Shown here piece after piece: positions 1-11,594 of a DNA stretch of 64,000 nucleotides. Within the stretch, counting starts at the first letter, position 1. Each line of letters begins with the position of its first letter. The position numbers were made by a program, and so were the translations under genes. The stretch is taken from NCBI GenBank assembly GCA_000004985.1, contig GG738867.1; one strand, given 5' to 3'. Below the pieces are notes generated by a model. It was not told the DNA's origin and searched no databases. It saw only the letters and a list, made by a program, of their open reading frames with translations. The stretch is from Naegleria gruberi (Eukaryota).

Positions 1-3000
1 TTACTGTTTCTTCCAATCCAACCTCTGATCCATCAAAGAGCGTTTTGGATGGTTCTGGTATCGGTTCTGCTGTTGCTGGTGTTAAATCCGAATTCCAACT
101 CACTTCATTCGATAAGTTTGGAAACCAAGGACGTGGAGGTGAAAACTTTAATGCTACTCTCACTTTCGGATCTGAAGTTGTTCAATGTCATGTAGATGAT
201 TTGAATAATGGTAAATATCGTTTCTCATACACTTGTCCAAAGAGTGGTGAATATACTTTGACTGTCAAGTTGGGTGATCACGTTGTTGCTACCAAGTCAG
301 TCATTGTTAAAGATGCTGGTATTTCTGATCCATCCCGTACTGATTTCAGTGGTATTGATTCTGTTCTCGATAAGAAGGCTGGTGAACTCTCTGCATTCAC
401 TATTCTTGCTAAGGATACTCACGGTAATGATCGTTCATCAGGTGGTGAAAAGTTCTCTGTTACTCTCATTAATGGAAGTGAAGTTACTGAAGCTAGTGTT
501 AAAGATACCAATGATGGTAAATACCATGTTGAATACACTCTTAACACAAGTGGAAACTACAAATTGCAAGTCAAACTTGGTGATGCTGTTGTCACTGAAA
601 AGGATGTTCATATTCATGATACTGGTGTCACTGATCCATATCAAACTACTTTCAGAGGTGAAAACTATAAGCAATTCCCAGCTGGTAAGCAAATGCAATT
701 CTTTGTTGAAGCTAGAGATAGATTCGGAAACAAGCGTGAAAATGGTAGTGATACTTTCATTCTCCAATTCACTTCAAAGGCCACTATGGAAACTGTTTCA
801 AGTGATTTGATCAAATTCAATGATTTGGGAAGTGGTGAATACTCATTCGATTACACTATTGAACAATCTGGTGAATATGGTATGGAAGTTTTGTTGAAGG
901 AATCTGCTGACACCCGTTCTGAAGGTGGTAGTGAAGCTACTTCATTGTTGAAGGCTTTCTTGAGAAAGTACAAGTACACCAATATTCCAGGATTCCCATC
1001 CACTACATTTGTTGATGATAGTGGTGTTACTGATCCACAAAAGACTCAATTTGCTGGTGACGGTGTTTCTAATGCTGTCCAAGGAAAGGAATCTGAATTT
1101 GTCATCAAGACCAGAGACTCATTCAACAATGTTCGTCAAACTGGTGGTGATAATGTTGAAGTCGTTGTTTCTAATGAAGCTAGAAAGATTGATCTCCCTG
1201 CTTCTGTCAAGGATAATCAAGATGGTACTTACACTGTTACTTATACTCCAAAGGCCTCTGGTAAGACTAAGCTCCTCGTTAAGATTAATGGTGTAGTTGT
1301 TGAAAGTGATATCTTGAAGGGTGGTGTTTTCGTTTCTCCTCCAGATATTAGCGATACTTCAATGCTCGATACTGTTTTGGATCATGACTTGTTATCTGCC
1401 TTGTTGAATGCCTTCAAGGTTGAAAATGATTCTGATAACTTGATCGAAAAGATTCAAAAGCTCCGTGAAGAACTCATTAAACAAATTCGTGAGAACACTC
1501 GTATTGAAGAAAATGTCAGAGAAAAGGACAGAAAGATTTCACTCCTTGCTGAAAATAGATATGATGCCGAAACAATTTTGAATCAACGTGGTGGTATTGC
1601 TGGTTATTTCCAACGTAGAAGACAAGAAAAGATGGCTACTGCTAATGATGATAAGAAGGAAAAGTTCAATATTAAGGATTACGTTGATCACTACAGCAGT
1701 TTGTTCTACTTGTTGCAAACTAATCCAAAGTATTTGGCTAAGTGTTTGTTCTTGGTTCCATCTCGTGATATGGACCAATTCATGCAAACTGTTACATTGA
1801 CTTTGTACGGTTATGCCTTCTCTCCTCGTGAAGAATATTTGATTTTGAGTTTGTTTAATGAAACTCTCCACCTCGAAATTCAAAACAGTTCAATTGATAA
1901 CTTCTTGAACAACAACCCAGTTTTGATCAAGTTGGTTGTTAACTATTGCCATGAACGTATCCAAGGTAAACAATTCTTGCAAAAGGTTTTGTTCGATAAG
2001 ATCTTGGAACCAATCATTGAAGAAAAGGATTTGAACTTGAATTTGAACGCTGTTACTATTTTGAAGGAAAGAATTTCCCAACAAGAAGTTGAAACTGGTG
2101 TTAAGAGCGATATCAACATTAAGGATATGACCTATGAAAAGGCTATGCAAGATGAATACGTCAGTAAGCTCGTCCAACAACGTACCAAAAAGATGATTGA
2201 CATTTGTCAAGGTGTTTTGGATACATTGAATGACAACATTAACGAATTGCCATACGGTTTGAGATATATCTGTAGACAATTGAAGGTCATGTTGGGTAAG
2301 AAGAATCCAAATGCTACCGAAGAAGATATTAACCGTGTTGTTTCATATTTATTGTTCTTTAGATTCCTTAACGGTCCATTCTGTGGTTGTGACTCTTACA
2401 ACTTGACTAAGAAGAAGATTTCTGCCAGTATGAGAAATAATTTGGCTTGGATTTCAAAGGTTTTGATGCGTGTTTCTACATTCAAAGAATTCGATAAGGC
2501 TTATGACATTCACTTCTGTGTTGTCAATGAATGGATTCAACAAGCTATTCCTACTTTCGTTGAAAAGTTCATTAAGCCAGCTATTGTTATCCCAGAACCA
2601 GAAGAACAATTGGGTGTCCATCAATTTATTGAACTCACTCAAAAGAAGTCACCTTCTATTACTATTACCTTGAACGAAATTGCTCAAACTCATGGTTTGT
2701 TGGCTAAGTTCTTGAACAGAATTGCTCCAGACGAAAAGGATCCATTGAGAGAAGTTTTGAGCAACTTCAAGGACATGATTCCAGAACAAGTTGAATCAAC
2801 AAAGAATGAAGAAATCAGTTTGCCACTCCAAGTTAGAACTAACATTGAAAACTTGGATTTGGAAGTTAAGCCAGAACAATTGTACGAAATTGCTAAAGAA
2901 CACTTCCGTGGTATTTTACGTGTCATTACTCCACAACAATTGGGTGAAAATGTTGCTGAAACTGTAGATAAGGCTGAAAAGTATGCCGAAGAATTGATCG

Positions 3001-3635
3001 ATAGTTCTAAACAAGAAGCTGATGGTATTCAATTGAAGAGAAAGGTTGAAGAACTTAGAAAGGCTCTTCCAAAGTTGGCTGATGCTGAAATTCTCTCAGC
3101 AGCCAACGGTTATAGAAAATTGTTGACTGATATTACTAAGGAAATTCAAAACAGAGGTGAAGTTAGAAAGAGACAAGTTCGTGAATTGGAACGTTTAACC
3201 GAAAGTTTGGAATCCCTCAAGGAACATCAAAACTTCCTCAAGGAAAAGGACAAGAGTTTGGACGACTACGTCCAACAAACCCTTCGTAACTACTTTGAAG
3301 GAAAGAACAAGAGAAAGCAAAAGTCTGGAAAGAAACAAGTTTACAAGTTCAGCTACTCTCAACTTTCAGAGAAGTATAAGGTTATTGCCGAAATGACAGA
3401 AGGAGGTGCTTTGAAGAAGGGTATCAAATTCCAAATCTCTATGGATGAAGCTAATCCAGGTTTCTTTACAGTTGAAGCTAAATTGGCTGGTGCATCACTC
3501 AAGACAATTAACTTGCGTCTTGATGAACTTTTGGACAAACGTGGCAGAGGTGAAGCTCTTCTCAAACTCGATGGTGTTTCACTCAATGTAAATATGACTA
3601 TTCACATGATGAATAAGCTTTTCGTTAGCAAGTAA
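1..3635 (+). CDS. IQGAP-like RasGAP protein with N-terminal filamin (ABP280) repeats; 5' partial because the reading frame is open to the window start
   Basis: Long ORF with about 10 Ig-like filamin repeats (recurring 'GxGxxxG...F.V.T.DAG..').
RasGAP-related domain with FLR-like motif 'YGLRYICRQLKVMLGKKNPNATEEDINRVVSYLLFFRFLNGPF'.
RasGAP C-terminal coiled coil.
The track start is a TTG; the same frame continues open upstream to nt 3 (…VSSNPTSDPSKSVLDGSGIG). Confidence 0.75.
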   Translation, partial: TVSSNPTSDPSKSVLDGSGIGSAVAGVKSEFQLTSFDKFGNQGRGGENFNATLTFGSEVVQCHVDDLNNGKYRFSYTCPKSGEYTLTVKLGDHVVATKSVIVKDAGISDPSRTDFSGIDSVLDKKAGELSAFTILAKDTHGNDRSSGGEKFSVTLINGSEVTEASVKDTNDGKYHVEYTLNTSGNYKLQVKLGDAVVTEKDVHIHDTGVTDPYQTTFRGENYKQFPAGKQMQFFVEARDRFGNKRENGSDTFILQFTSKATMETVSSDLIKFNDLGSGEYSFDYTIEQSGEYGMEVLLKESADTRSEGGSEATSLLKAFLRKYKYTNIPGFPSTTFVDDSGVTDPQKTQFAGDGVSNAVQGKESEFVIKTRDSFNNVRQTGGDNVEVVVSNEARKIDLPASVKDNQDGTYTVTYTPKASGKTKLLVKINGVVVESDILKGGVFVSPPDISDTSMLDTVLDHDLLSALLNAFKVENDSDNLIEKIQKLREELIKQIRENTRIEENVREKDRKISLLAENRYDAETILNQRGGIAGYFQRRRQEKMATANDDKKEKFNIKDYVDHYSSLFYLLQTNPKYLAKCLFLVPSRDMDQFMQTVTLTLYGYAFSPREEYLILSLFNETLHLEIQNSSIDNFLNNNPVLIKLVVNYCHERIQGKQFLQKVLFDKILEPIIEEKDLNLNLNAVTILKERISQQEVETGVKSDINIKDMTYEKAMQDEYVSKLVQQRTKKMIDICQGVLDTLNDNINELPYGLRYICRQLKVMLGKKNPNATEEDINRVVSYLLFFRFLNGPFCGCDSYNLTKKKISASMRNNLAWISKVLMRVSTFKEFDKAYDIHFCVVNEWIQQAIPTFVEKFIKPAIVIPEPEEQLGVHQFIELTQKKSPSITITLNEIAQTHGLLAKFLNRIAPDEKDPLREVLSNFKDMIPEQVESTKNEEISLPLQVRTNIENLDLEVKPEQLYEIAKEHFRGILRVITPQQLGENVAETVDKAEKYAEELIDSSKQEADGIQLKRKVEELRKALPKLADAEILSAANGYRKLLTDITKEIQNRGEVRKRQVRELERLTESLESLKEHQNFLKEKDKSLDDYVQQTLRNYFEGKNKRKQKSGKKQVYKFSYSQLSEKYKVIAEMTEGGALKKGIKFQISMDEANPGFFTVEAKLAGASLKTINLRLDELLDKRGRGEALLKLDGVSLNVNMTIHMMNKLFVSK

Positions 3636-3651
3636 ATAAATAAAAAAAACA

Positions 3652-4314
3652 TTAAATTTTATCACCGCTCTCAAGTTCTTTTTCAATCTTTGGAACTACA
3701 TCCTCTAATGGCGTATTATTTCCACATCTATAAACAACTGCCCCATTCTTATCAATGAGGAACTTTTCGAAATCCTCAACTATGGTCTTACTGGATCCTT
3801 CTCTGAAATTGCTCAAATAATGATAGGCATCTCCACATTCTGCTTTAACCGTGAGAGCGTCATAATTAACAGAAGAGCATGTTTCGTATTCATGTGGAAC
3901 GCCTTTACATACAAACAGCTCATTCCTGCTTGTTTCAATTTCATCACAGAGGAATTTTCTCAAAGGGGTGGCTGTTGAGGATGTTGGTTTGAAAGGATAT
4001 CTGGGAATTACCAATACTTCAAATCCTTTCTCTGCATATCTATCTTTGAGTTGTTGAAGTTCTTTGAGGAAAGCATAATAATTCGGATTGTCAGTATTGC
4101 AAATCGCAACCAGTGATAACTTTCCTTTAAATTCTCTAAGATGGACCCATTTTCCTCTTATATCTTTCACGGAATAATTATAAAAGTTGATGGCAGTGTC
4201 AGAAGCTGGCGTGCTTGATTTATTAGATGATGAAAACAGAGCTTTCTTGGGGAGGGCAGAATAAACAGGAGTATTATTTATTCGAATTGAAACTCTCTGA
4301 ATGGTTCGATACAT
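3652..4314 (-). CDS. glutathione peroxidase-like thioredoxin-fold protein
   Basis: ATG-initiated 220-aa ORF.
GPx-like motifs: 'FYNYSVKDIRGKWVHLREFKGKLSLVAICNTD', 'GFEVLVIPRYPF', 'FEKFLIDKNGAVVYR'.
Convergent with the upstream gene; the two stops are 16 nt apart. Confidence 0.6.
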   Translation of the reverse strand: MYRTIQRVSIRINNTPVYSALPKKALFSSSNKSSTPASDTAINFYNYSVKDIRGKWVHLREFKGKLSLVAICNTDNPNYYAFLKELQQLKDRYAEKGFEVLVIPRYPFKPTSSTATPLRKFLCDEIETSRNELFVCKGVPHEYETCSSVNYDALTVKAECGDAYHYLSNFREGSSKTIVEDFEKFLIDKNGAVVYRCGNNTPLEDVVPKIEKELESGDKI

Positions 4315-4418
4315 TTTTATTTACTTTCAAATCAAACTCTATTGTTTAAATTTATATTCTTGCCTTGTAAGGAATGTGTCCAAACATAGTTACTCCACAG
4401 TTATGGTAATGCTCAAAT

Positions 4419-7400
4419 TTATTTCAATTTGCTCAACATTTCAATAAGTTCTTGCAAATTTTCGTAAGTAACCATCACGCTTGATACAGAGTGGCCAACA
4501 CCTGAAATATTACCTGATGATTTTCTACCTAACGAACTGCTGTTCATTGAAATGTTCAACATGCTACTATTGTTAAGAATTGAAGAGTTGAGATTGCTCT
4601 TGTTCAGATTTTGTTTCTTCTTATCTGTGGCATACTTTCTTTGCATCAACTTGGATAATGAAACACATCTCTTCAACAAGTCTTCTCTGACGGCTTTCAA
4701 TCTCTTTGTGTCTGCCTTCTTAATTAGTGAAAGAGCTCTCATGAATATTTCTTCTCTTTCTCTGTAAATTTGAAGTTGATCGAATAAAATTTCGAACCAT
4801 TCATTCTTTTCGTGAACCAGACAATTCAAATACTTAATTCTTGTCAAATTAAGTAATATATCAAGAATGTGAATAAGAAGTTCAGTATGAGGTTTGGATC
4901 TATTGAGCATCTTGATAAAGCTGTACAAAATAGGAACTGCATTGTTGGTAACCAAACTTTCACAACAACTATCACTCCATGTTGTGGTTGTAGCCAAGTT
5001 AGCACATGCACTCATGACTTGATTAACAGAGTTGGATTTGAGCAATACTTCCAAAGAACGTTGGGTTCTATACTTGAGTTTCTTTCTTTCATCAACATTG
5101 GCAGATAAGGTTGTAATTCTTTCTCTGATAGCATTGACTTGATCAGCATTACAACGTCTAACCATGAAGCCTCTGAAAACCTTTTGGATTTTTGTTGCAG
5201 CATCATGCATTTGATGTGAAACACTCTTAATATGATTGATAAATCTTGCAGTAACATGTCTTCTTGCAAGTGCTTGCAACACCAAAACTCTATCTTCTTC
5301 TTGGCTTCTCTTTTTCTCTTCCAAAAATCTTCTGATAGATGTTTGAGCAACAATAGTATGTTCTCTGTCTTGGATGAATTCATTTTGGGCTTGTGTTGCT
5401 CTAATCATGGTTTGAGTATCAACAATGGTGCACATTTGTTGTTGGACTCTCTTTCTTTCCAAGAATCCTCTAATAGAAGCTTGGCAGCTGATAACATCAA
5501 AGGTTTCACAATAGAATGAGACACGAGCAAGTACGCCCTTAATGATTGCTTGACTAAGATAGATGTCATAATAGTCATCCAAAATACTTTCTCTATCATT
5601 CTTAGCTCTAAGGGAAGCTTGGATAGAGAGAATACCTTGTTGCATAAGGTTGGCCTTTTCTCTTTCTCTGAAACTTCTGATGGTAGTTTGAAGAGAAACA
5701 GCTCTATTGGTTTCGATTGAGTGATTCTTTCTATCTCTGAAACCTCTGATTAATGTTTGCAACAATGTGATGGAATTAATGCTTGCCTCTTTTTCTTGTT
5801 GGACTTGATGTCTTCTCATATTGGATTGAAGTGAAAGAACAGATCCAACAAAGTTATTGTACATCTTTCTAAAGAATCCATCTCTCATAGCTCTTTGTAT
5901 TACCATGAGCGATTCTGTTTGTCTTTGTTGATTGTTACGTTGGAGACGACCTCTGATAAGGGCTTGCAAGGTAGTGACTCTATCGAAAGATTCCTCCTTG
6001 TTCTTTCTATCCAAACTTCCCAAAATAATAGCGGATAGAATGTAAGCACGGTATCTGTCCATCAAAGTATCACACTCAAGAGTGAATCTTCTCATAAGAG
6101 ATTGCATTGATGTAATTCTTTCAGTGGATTCAATCATTGCATTCTCAGTTCTAACTCGTCTTAGCAAGGATTGCATGATTTGAACTCTTGATTCTTGGTA
6201 TTTTTGATGAGACTTTTCAATAAATCCTCTAGAAATAGCTTGCATAATGACGATCTTCTTCTGTTCTTCAGCAAATTGTCTTTTTGCAAAAAGGCTTCTT
6301 GCCAAAGATTGAATCGATATTATATCAGCCTTGTCTTGAGCGAATTGAGATCTCTCTTCTTTACCTCTAACTAAGGCTTGTGATTCAGAGATTAGAGAAA
6401 TAGAATCCAATACCTTTCTTCTTTCAACCAAACCTCTTACCATTGATTGTTGAAGAACAATAGCAGATTCATCTTCTTCCAAAGCATTTTCAATATATGA
6501 CTCAAAGTTTTGCATTTCTATTTCATTAAAATAGTCCAACAATTCGGCATAGTCAAGGTAGAATTGCTTTCTTGAAAGATAACCCCTAATGACAGCTTGA
6601 GTTACTTCAACGTCATAAATGTCATCGAGATGAGATTCTCTTTCAATAAAGCTTCTCATAATAGATTGAATATTGAGAGCAGATTGTTTGAATTCAAAGA
6701 CTTTCTTTTGATCTGCAAATGCTCTAGATAAAGCTTGAAGAGTGGTGACTTCTTTCTTTTGAACTACAGTATTCTTTCTACAAAGATATCCTCTAGCCAT
6801 TGCTTGTAGTCTGACTGTCAATTCCATTAGAATTCTGTGTTTTCTTTGTTGTCTAAGGAATTCCAACTTCTTTCTTTCAATATTAGCACGAGTACGGGCT
6901 TCTATAATTGTAGAGGCATCTCGTAAATTGTGGAGTCTTTTTTGCATGTAAATAGTGTGCATCCAATTTTGAATGACAACAAGGGCCTTAGTTTGAATGA
7001 CATTCTCCTTATGTAAATATAATTGATTGAATAAGTGGCCAATTTTACAGACCATTTGATGTTCATCATAATCCTTACTGATTTCTACTGTCTTCTTTTG
7101 AATTTTAGTTGGAGAGAATGAGGCACTCCAACATCCATTGTTGGAATATTGATAATGGTGCAAGAAATCTCTATTCTCTTCTCTAGGTAATATTTCTTCG
7201 AGAGGGAGAGGAGATGGAAGTCTATATTGATTAGAAACAAGGTTAAATACTATTTCTTCTTCAGTTTTAAGCGAAGGAGATGAAAAGTTCCAAACTTTGT
7301 ATTTGGCAGGCAGATTATCATACCTTTCCAATACAGCTTGAATCCATTGAAGAAGCATTGCAACTCTAATATCCTTATAACCTTGAATTAATGAAATTTG

Positions 7401-8563
7401 ATGAATTCCAATGCCGAAATTCTTGAGCTCGTGAACCAATTGTGCCATATTTACAGGAAGGGATTTTTCCAATTCTTTTTGTTTTTCTAAAATTTTTTGA
7501 ATTTCAGACCTAGCAGTACTTTGAATGATTCTCTTCTGAGTTGTGGAAAGACTGTTATTAGTAAGAGCTGATGAATTAGAAGCTACAGCTCTCGATTGTC
7601 CAATAATTGATGATGTTTCCTTTTTCATCTTTTCAGTCTTTTGAATCTTAGTCTTGTTGATGAGTGTAGATTTTTCCAATCTTGATTGCTCTGTTGGTGC
7701 TGTTGTTTTGGTTACTGGTTGAGTTCTTCTAACAATCATTGAGGAATTTTCATTTGGGAGAATGGCAGAAATATTACAAGTGGATAAGTTAAAGGTTGTT
7801 TCTTCAGGTTTTTGAGTGGTAGTTGGTTGTACTCTTGTTGTGTTAAGTCTGGATGTAGTAGTGAGTGGTTTCCTAGTTGTTTGTGCTTTAGTTGCTTCCA
7901 TAGCTTCTCCCATCAAGTAAACAGTAAATCTGAATCTTGTGTTCCACAAAAATACAAGTTGGCAAGAGATTTTACCTGGCTGTAATGGTTGCCAAGAAAT
8001 AGGTATTTGGTAATCTCCACATAGAGCTGGTATAGCATGTGAAACTTCACGAATAGTGAACCCAAACTGAACTGGAAGTTTTTCTACAGCAATTTCTTGT
8101 TGCTTTTGGATTGGATTTGATACAAAGAGTGTCATAACTTTTGATGTACCAAGTTTAACCCTACCAAAGTCAACATATACCTTACTAGCAAATTGTTTGA
8201 GAACCAGAGTTGGCCCTGTTGGAACACCAACTGGTTTTTTATAATTGTTTCATCCATTGTAGCAATAGATGAAAGACCAGAAAAGGTGAGGTCTTGTATT
8301 ATATTTTCCTTGTCATCAACCATTAGAGAAGTATTACTTCCAATTTGTGAAGTTTGAAGAAGAGAGGCATTAGATCGGTCGACACGGTCTACCACAAATC
8401 TGCTGAATTGTGCCTTGTTAAATTGTGGAGAGTTCATGATGGCAGCTGATTTGTTTGTTGTTGTTGATAGAATAGGAAGAGTTTGTGAAGTGTTGAGTGC
8501 ATTGTTGTTGATATTTTGTTGGTTGTTATTATTCACCAGGCTACCTAGCAGTGATCGATTCAT
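4419..8563 (-). CDS. ASPM/Asp (abnormal spindle)-like protein: ASH-like N-terminus, putative CH domain, more than 20 IQ motifs, conserved C-terminal region; frame break at an A6 run near 8235-8240
   Basis: The 1238-aa ORF is full of IQ motifs (IQxxxRGxxxR variants such as 'LLQTLIRGFRDRK', 'ISCQASIRGFLERK', 'ATKIQKVFRGFMVRRC').
A CH-like segment 'AMLLQWIQAVLERY' is present.
The same frame stays coding-like upstream of the listed start ('KPVGVPTGPTLVLKQFASKVYVDFGRVKLGTSKV-MTLFVSNPIQ').
It joins the N/Q-rich 143-aa ORF (8132..8563) through a 1-nt frame change in a homopolymer. Confidence 0.6.
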
Positions 8564-8644
8564 TTTTTTTGAATTTGTTTTTAAAAGACTTAACGTTTCC
8601 CGCCTTCAATTTTGGCGGCAAAGTTTTAAATCATTCAAAGAAAA

Positions 8645-10864
8645 ATGAGCGGCAACAATGCCTACAGTTCTTTTGCCTCCAATCATCAATACGGAGGAGA
8701 GGAAGATGACGACGATCAGTATCATGAAGAGGTTGAAGACAATTTGGAATACGATAATAATTTAGATGATAGTTCTTATAGAAAGAGAAACTATTTGACT
8801 TACGAGGAATATGAATTGGATGAAGAGGACGAGAGATTAATAAGAGAGGAATTAGGAGAGTATGACCCTGAAAATAATCAGAGCCAAATGGAACAACACG
8901 AAGAGGAGGAAAACTTTGATGATATTACCGAAGAGTTCTTATTATCAAAAGTAAATGAGCTCAACAAATTGGCTATCCAAATTGATGTGCTGAGTTTCGG
9001 AGGTGACCAACAAGAAATAGAGGAGACTAGAGCTCAGATGGACAATATAATAGCCTTCATCTGCAAAGTTACTAAAGTCAAGAGAAATATAGAAAATTAC
9101 ATCAAATCAGATAATAAGCGTATTTCTTCATCCCTTCCTTCATTGTTCATTGATTTAAAAGCAGATATTAGGAAGTTGTTTCATACAGAAAGGTCAATAC
9201 TCTCACATACATCATTCAATACTACCCAGGAGCATAATGAACCTGAGGCTCCTAGGGAAACAAAACACTATAACAGTGTTGTTGATCACCATGTAGAAGC
9301 TTCGGGAGAATATGAAGATGATGCAGAGCAGTATCATCAGGAAGGGGATGAGGAAGAACATTATCAAGATGAAGAAGAACAGGAAGAACATGACGAAAAT
9401 CACAATGAAGAAGAACAGGAGAATGAACAAGAAATGCCTGAACCTTATGAACCATACGAGCCAACCTATTATGAAGATGATGTAGATTATACACTTGATG
9501 CTGAAGATGATGAGCTTTCCAACATATCAGAGGATGATTCAGATGATATTAAACAGTTAGATTTTCTAAGGGATCAATGTACGAAGAAGAGTATTGAATT
9601 AATTCAAGCAAGAAATGAGAGAGAAAAGGCCTTAACCACCTATCACTGCAATGAAATGATAAGGAAAGACCCAAATTCAAAAGAAAAATATCAGTTGGTG
9701 CAGCAATTGATTAATAATTGCCGTGCTGAGCTGGATAAACTTAATAAGGAAATTGAGAGATTCAGTAGAGAAGCCATTGAAATAAGGAAACAAACAGAGA
9801 TTAACAAACCAACGAGACCAAAACCTAATAAGAAATTGCCAAAAACTCCTGAAAAGAAGAGGATTGAGAGAATTGAACATATGGTTCAAGAAATAACAAC
9901 ACCTCGTGCAAATAAGGATTCGGTTGTAATGTTGACACCTTCACAATTAAAGGAAAGACAAGAAAACAGTGATCTTCAGAATATGTACAATAGACTGGAA
10001 GCAAGTTTGTCGAAAACCCCTCAGGCTAAAGAGTATGCGGATGAAAAACCAAAAGCAAGCAAGCCAAAGCCTCCAAAGCAGCCAAGTAATAACACAAGGT
10101 CAGTGGATCCAAATCTCTCAATGGAACCATCAAAAGAAAAGACAAGGCCAATGTCATCCTCTATAGCTGTGACTTCTGCCAATGACCCAAGAAAGAAAGC
10201 TCAAGAAAGGTTAAAGGAAAAAATTCAAAAAGAAAAGGAACAAAAGGAAAAGGAAGATTTGGAAAAGGCAGAAAAACTCAAAAAGTTGGAAGAAATATGC
10301 AGTAAGCAACAAACTATCATCCTCGAAGAAAGAAAAGCTCTAACAACCAAAAAATATCTCGAGGAAATCCTTTCAGATGATTCAGATGAGGAAAGAATGA
10401 AAGAAATGGAGGATGAAGAAAGAAGAAGAATGGAAGAAGAAAGAGTTGAAGAAGCCAGAAGAAAGGCGCTCCTTAGAGCTAAGGAAAAGAAAAGAAAAGA
10501 AATAGAGCGAGAAAAAGAAATGGAAGAAGAACGAAAAAAGAGAGAGGCTGAAAAGTGGAGAAAAAGGGATGAGGGTCTAATGGCATTCAAGCTTAAACAA
10601 GAAATGGAAAAGGAAAAGAAGATGGATGTGAGAACTTCAAAGCCAACTATGCCACAACAAGCTCCACAAATCATAAAACCAAAACAACAAAACAAAGAAG
10701 CAAAGCCGTCAACCACTTCTCAAAAGACAAGAAAATCAATGCCAGCCACTGCAGTAACAGATAGTCCTCTACTAGATGGCCTCAATACACGAGATGATGG
10801 CCACGACTATTTACAATTTTCACCACCACCGCCAATGTTTAGTACCAGTAAACTAAAGAAATAG
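8645..10864 (+). CDS. hypothetical acidic, Glu/Lys-rich coiled-coil protein (739 aa)
   Basis: ATG-initiated long ORF.
D/E-rich N-terminal half and a KE-rich heptad-like C-terminal half.
No recognisable catalytic motifs. Confidence 0.5.
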   Translation: MSGNNAYSSFASNHQYGGEEDDDDQYHEEVEDNLEYDNNLDDSSYRKRNYLTYEEYELDEEDERLIREELGEYDPENNQSQMEQHEEEENFDDITEEFLLSKVNELNKLAIQIDVLSFGGDQQEIEETRAQMDNIIAFICKVTKVKRNIENYIKSDNKRISSSLPSLFIDLKADIRKLFHTERSILSHTSFNTTQEHNEPEAPRETKHYNSVVDHHVEASGEYEDDAEQYHQEGDEEEHYQDEEEQEEHDENHNEEEQENEQEMPEPYEPYEPTYYEDDVDYTLDAEDDELSNISEDDSDDIKQLDFLRDQCTKKSIELIQARNEREKALTTYHCNEMIRKDPNSKEKYQLVQQLINNCRAELDKLNKEIERFSREAIEIRKQTEINKPTRPKPNKKLPKTPEKKRIERIEHMVQEITTPRANKDSVVMLTPSQLKERQENSDLQNMYNRLEASLSKTPQAKEYADEKPKASKPKPPKQPSNNTRSVDPNLSMEPSKEKTRPMSSSIAVTSANDPRKKAQERLKEKIQKEKEQKEKEDLEKAEKLKKLEEICSKQQTIILEERKALTTKKYLEEILSDDSDEERMKEMEDEERRRMEEERVEEARRKALLRAKEKKRKEIEREKEMEEERKKREAEKWRKRDEGLMAFKLKQEMEKEKKMDVRTSKPTMPQQAPQIIKPKQQNKEAKPSTTSQKTRKSMPATAVTDSPLLDGLNTRDDGHDYLQFSPPPPMFSTSKLKK

Positions 10865-10889
10865 TATTTTTCAATAGATTACAAAAAAA

Positions 10890-11594
10890 ATGCCTGAAGA
10901 ACTCACACAATATTTCACAATCAATAAGCAACAGTTTCAACTCGAAACCACAATAGATTGGCAAGTAAAATCTGTTCATCACGAATTATCGGAATGTGGT
11001 TCATCTTCAGAAAGTTCTAAACGAAAGAGAATTAGCCTTTCCGATGACGTATCGAAATTAAGAAAAATACAGCACAACAATACAGAAATATTGCCACAAG
11101 ATATTCTGTGGGAAATAGTAAAATTTCTAGATGCAAAACAAATATGGTACGAAATTTGCATGATTTGCAAAGATTGGAATTATTGGATTCATTACGAATT
11201 TAATTCTAGAACAATGTGGAGAGACCTATATTTCACTGAATTGAAAATTGGATCACAACATCAAGCACATGATACCAAAGTGGATTATTTGCAAAGATTG
11301 GCTCAATATTCGTTTTCTAGAGACTTGAATTTGAAATTAACCATAAATTCTAGAATTAACCCACACTATTCAAGAAATACTGCATTGGTAGAAGTTATTA
11401 ATAATGTTGGACATTTGGTGCATATTGTGAAATATAATGAGATAGATACCTCCTTTAGTACCGTAGCAAAAGTTTCATATGATTTTGAAACAATTGTTTA
11501 TTCTAGAAAGGGAAATGGTGATTATGTCAAGTTTAGCTGCCATATTACAAACAGTTTAATGCAAGAGCTACGAAAGCCGTTATCTGGAAATTAA
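10890..11594 (+). CDS. hypothetical protein with F-box-like motif
   Basis: ATG ORF of 234 aa.
'LPQDILWEIVKFLDAKQIWYEICMICKDW' resembles an F-box. Confidence 0.4.
   Translation: MPEELTQYFTINKQQFQLETTIDWQVKSVHHELSECGSSSESSKRKRISLSDDVSKLRKIQHNNTEILPQDILWEIVKFLDAKQIWYEICMICKDWNYWIHYEFNSRTMWRDLYFTELKIGSQHQAHDTKVDYLQRLAQYSFSRDLNLKLTINSRINPHYSRNTALVEVINNVGHLVHIVKYNEIDTSFSTVAKVSYDFETIVYSRKGNGDYVKFSCHITNSLMQELRKPLSGN

Noticed and set aside
274-3586. Numerous 60-180-aa ORFs nested inside the large CDSs on either strand (e.g. 274-810, 438-767, 1009-1296, 1539-1883, 1890-2279, 5012-5383, 9212-9494, 10225-10716)
   Set aside because: They overlap well-supported long coding frames, are low-complexity or hydrophobic nonsense, and show no motifs. 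Such ORFs are expected by chance in AT-rich sequence.
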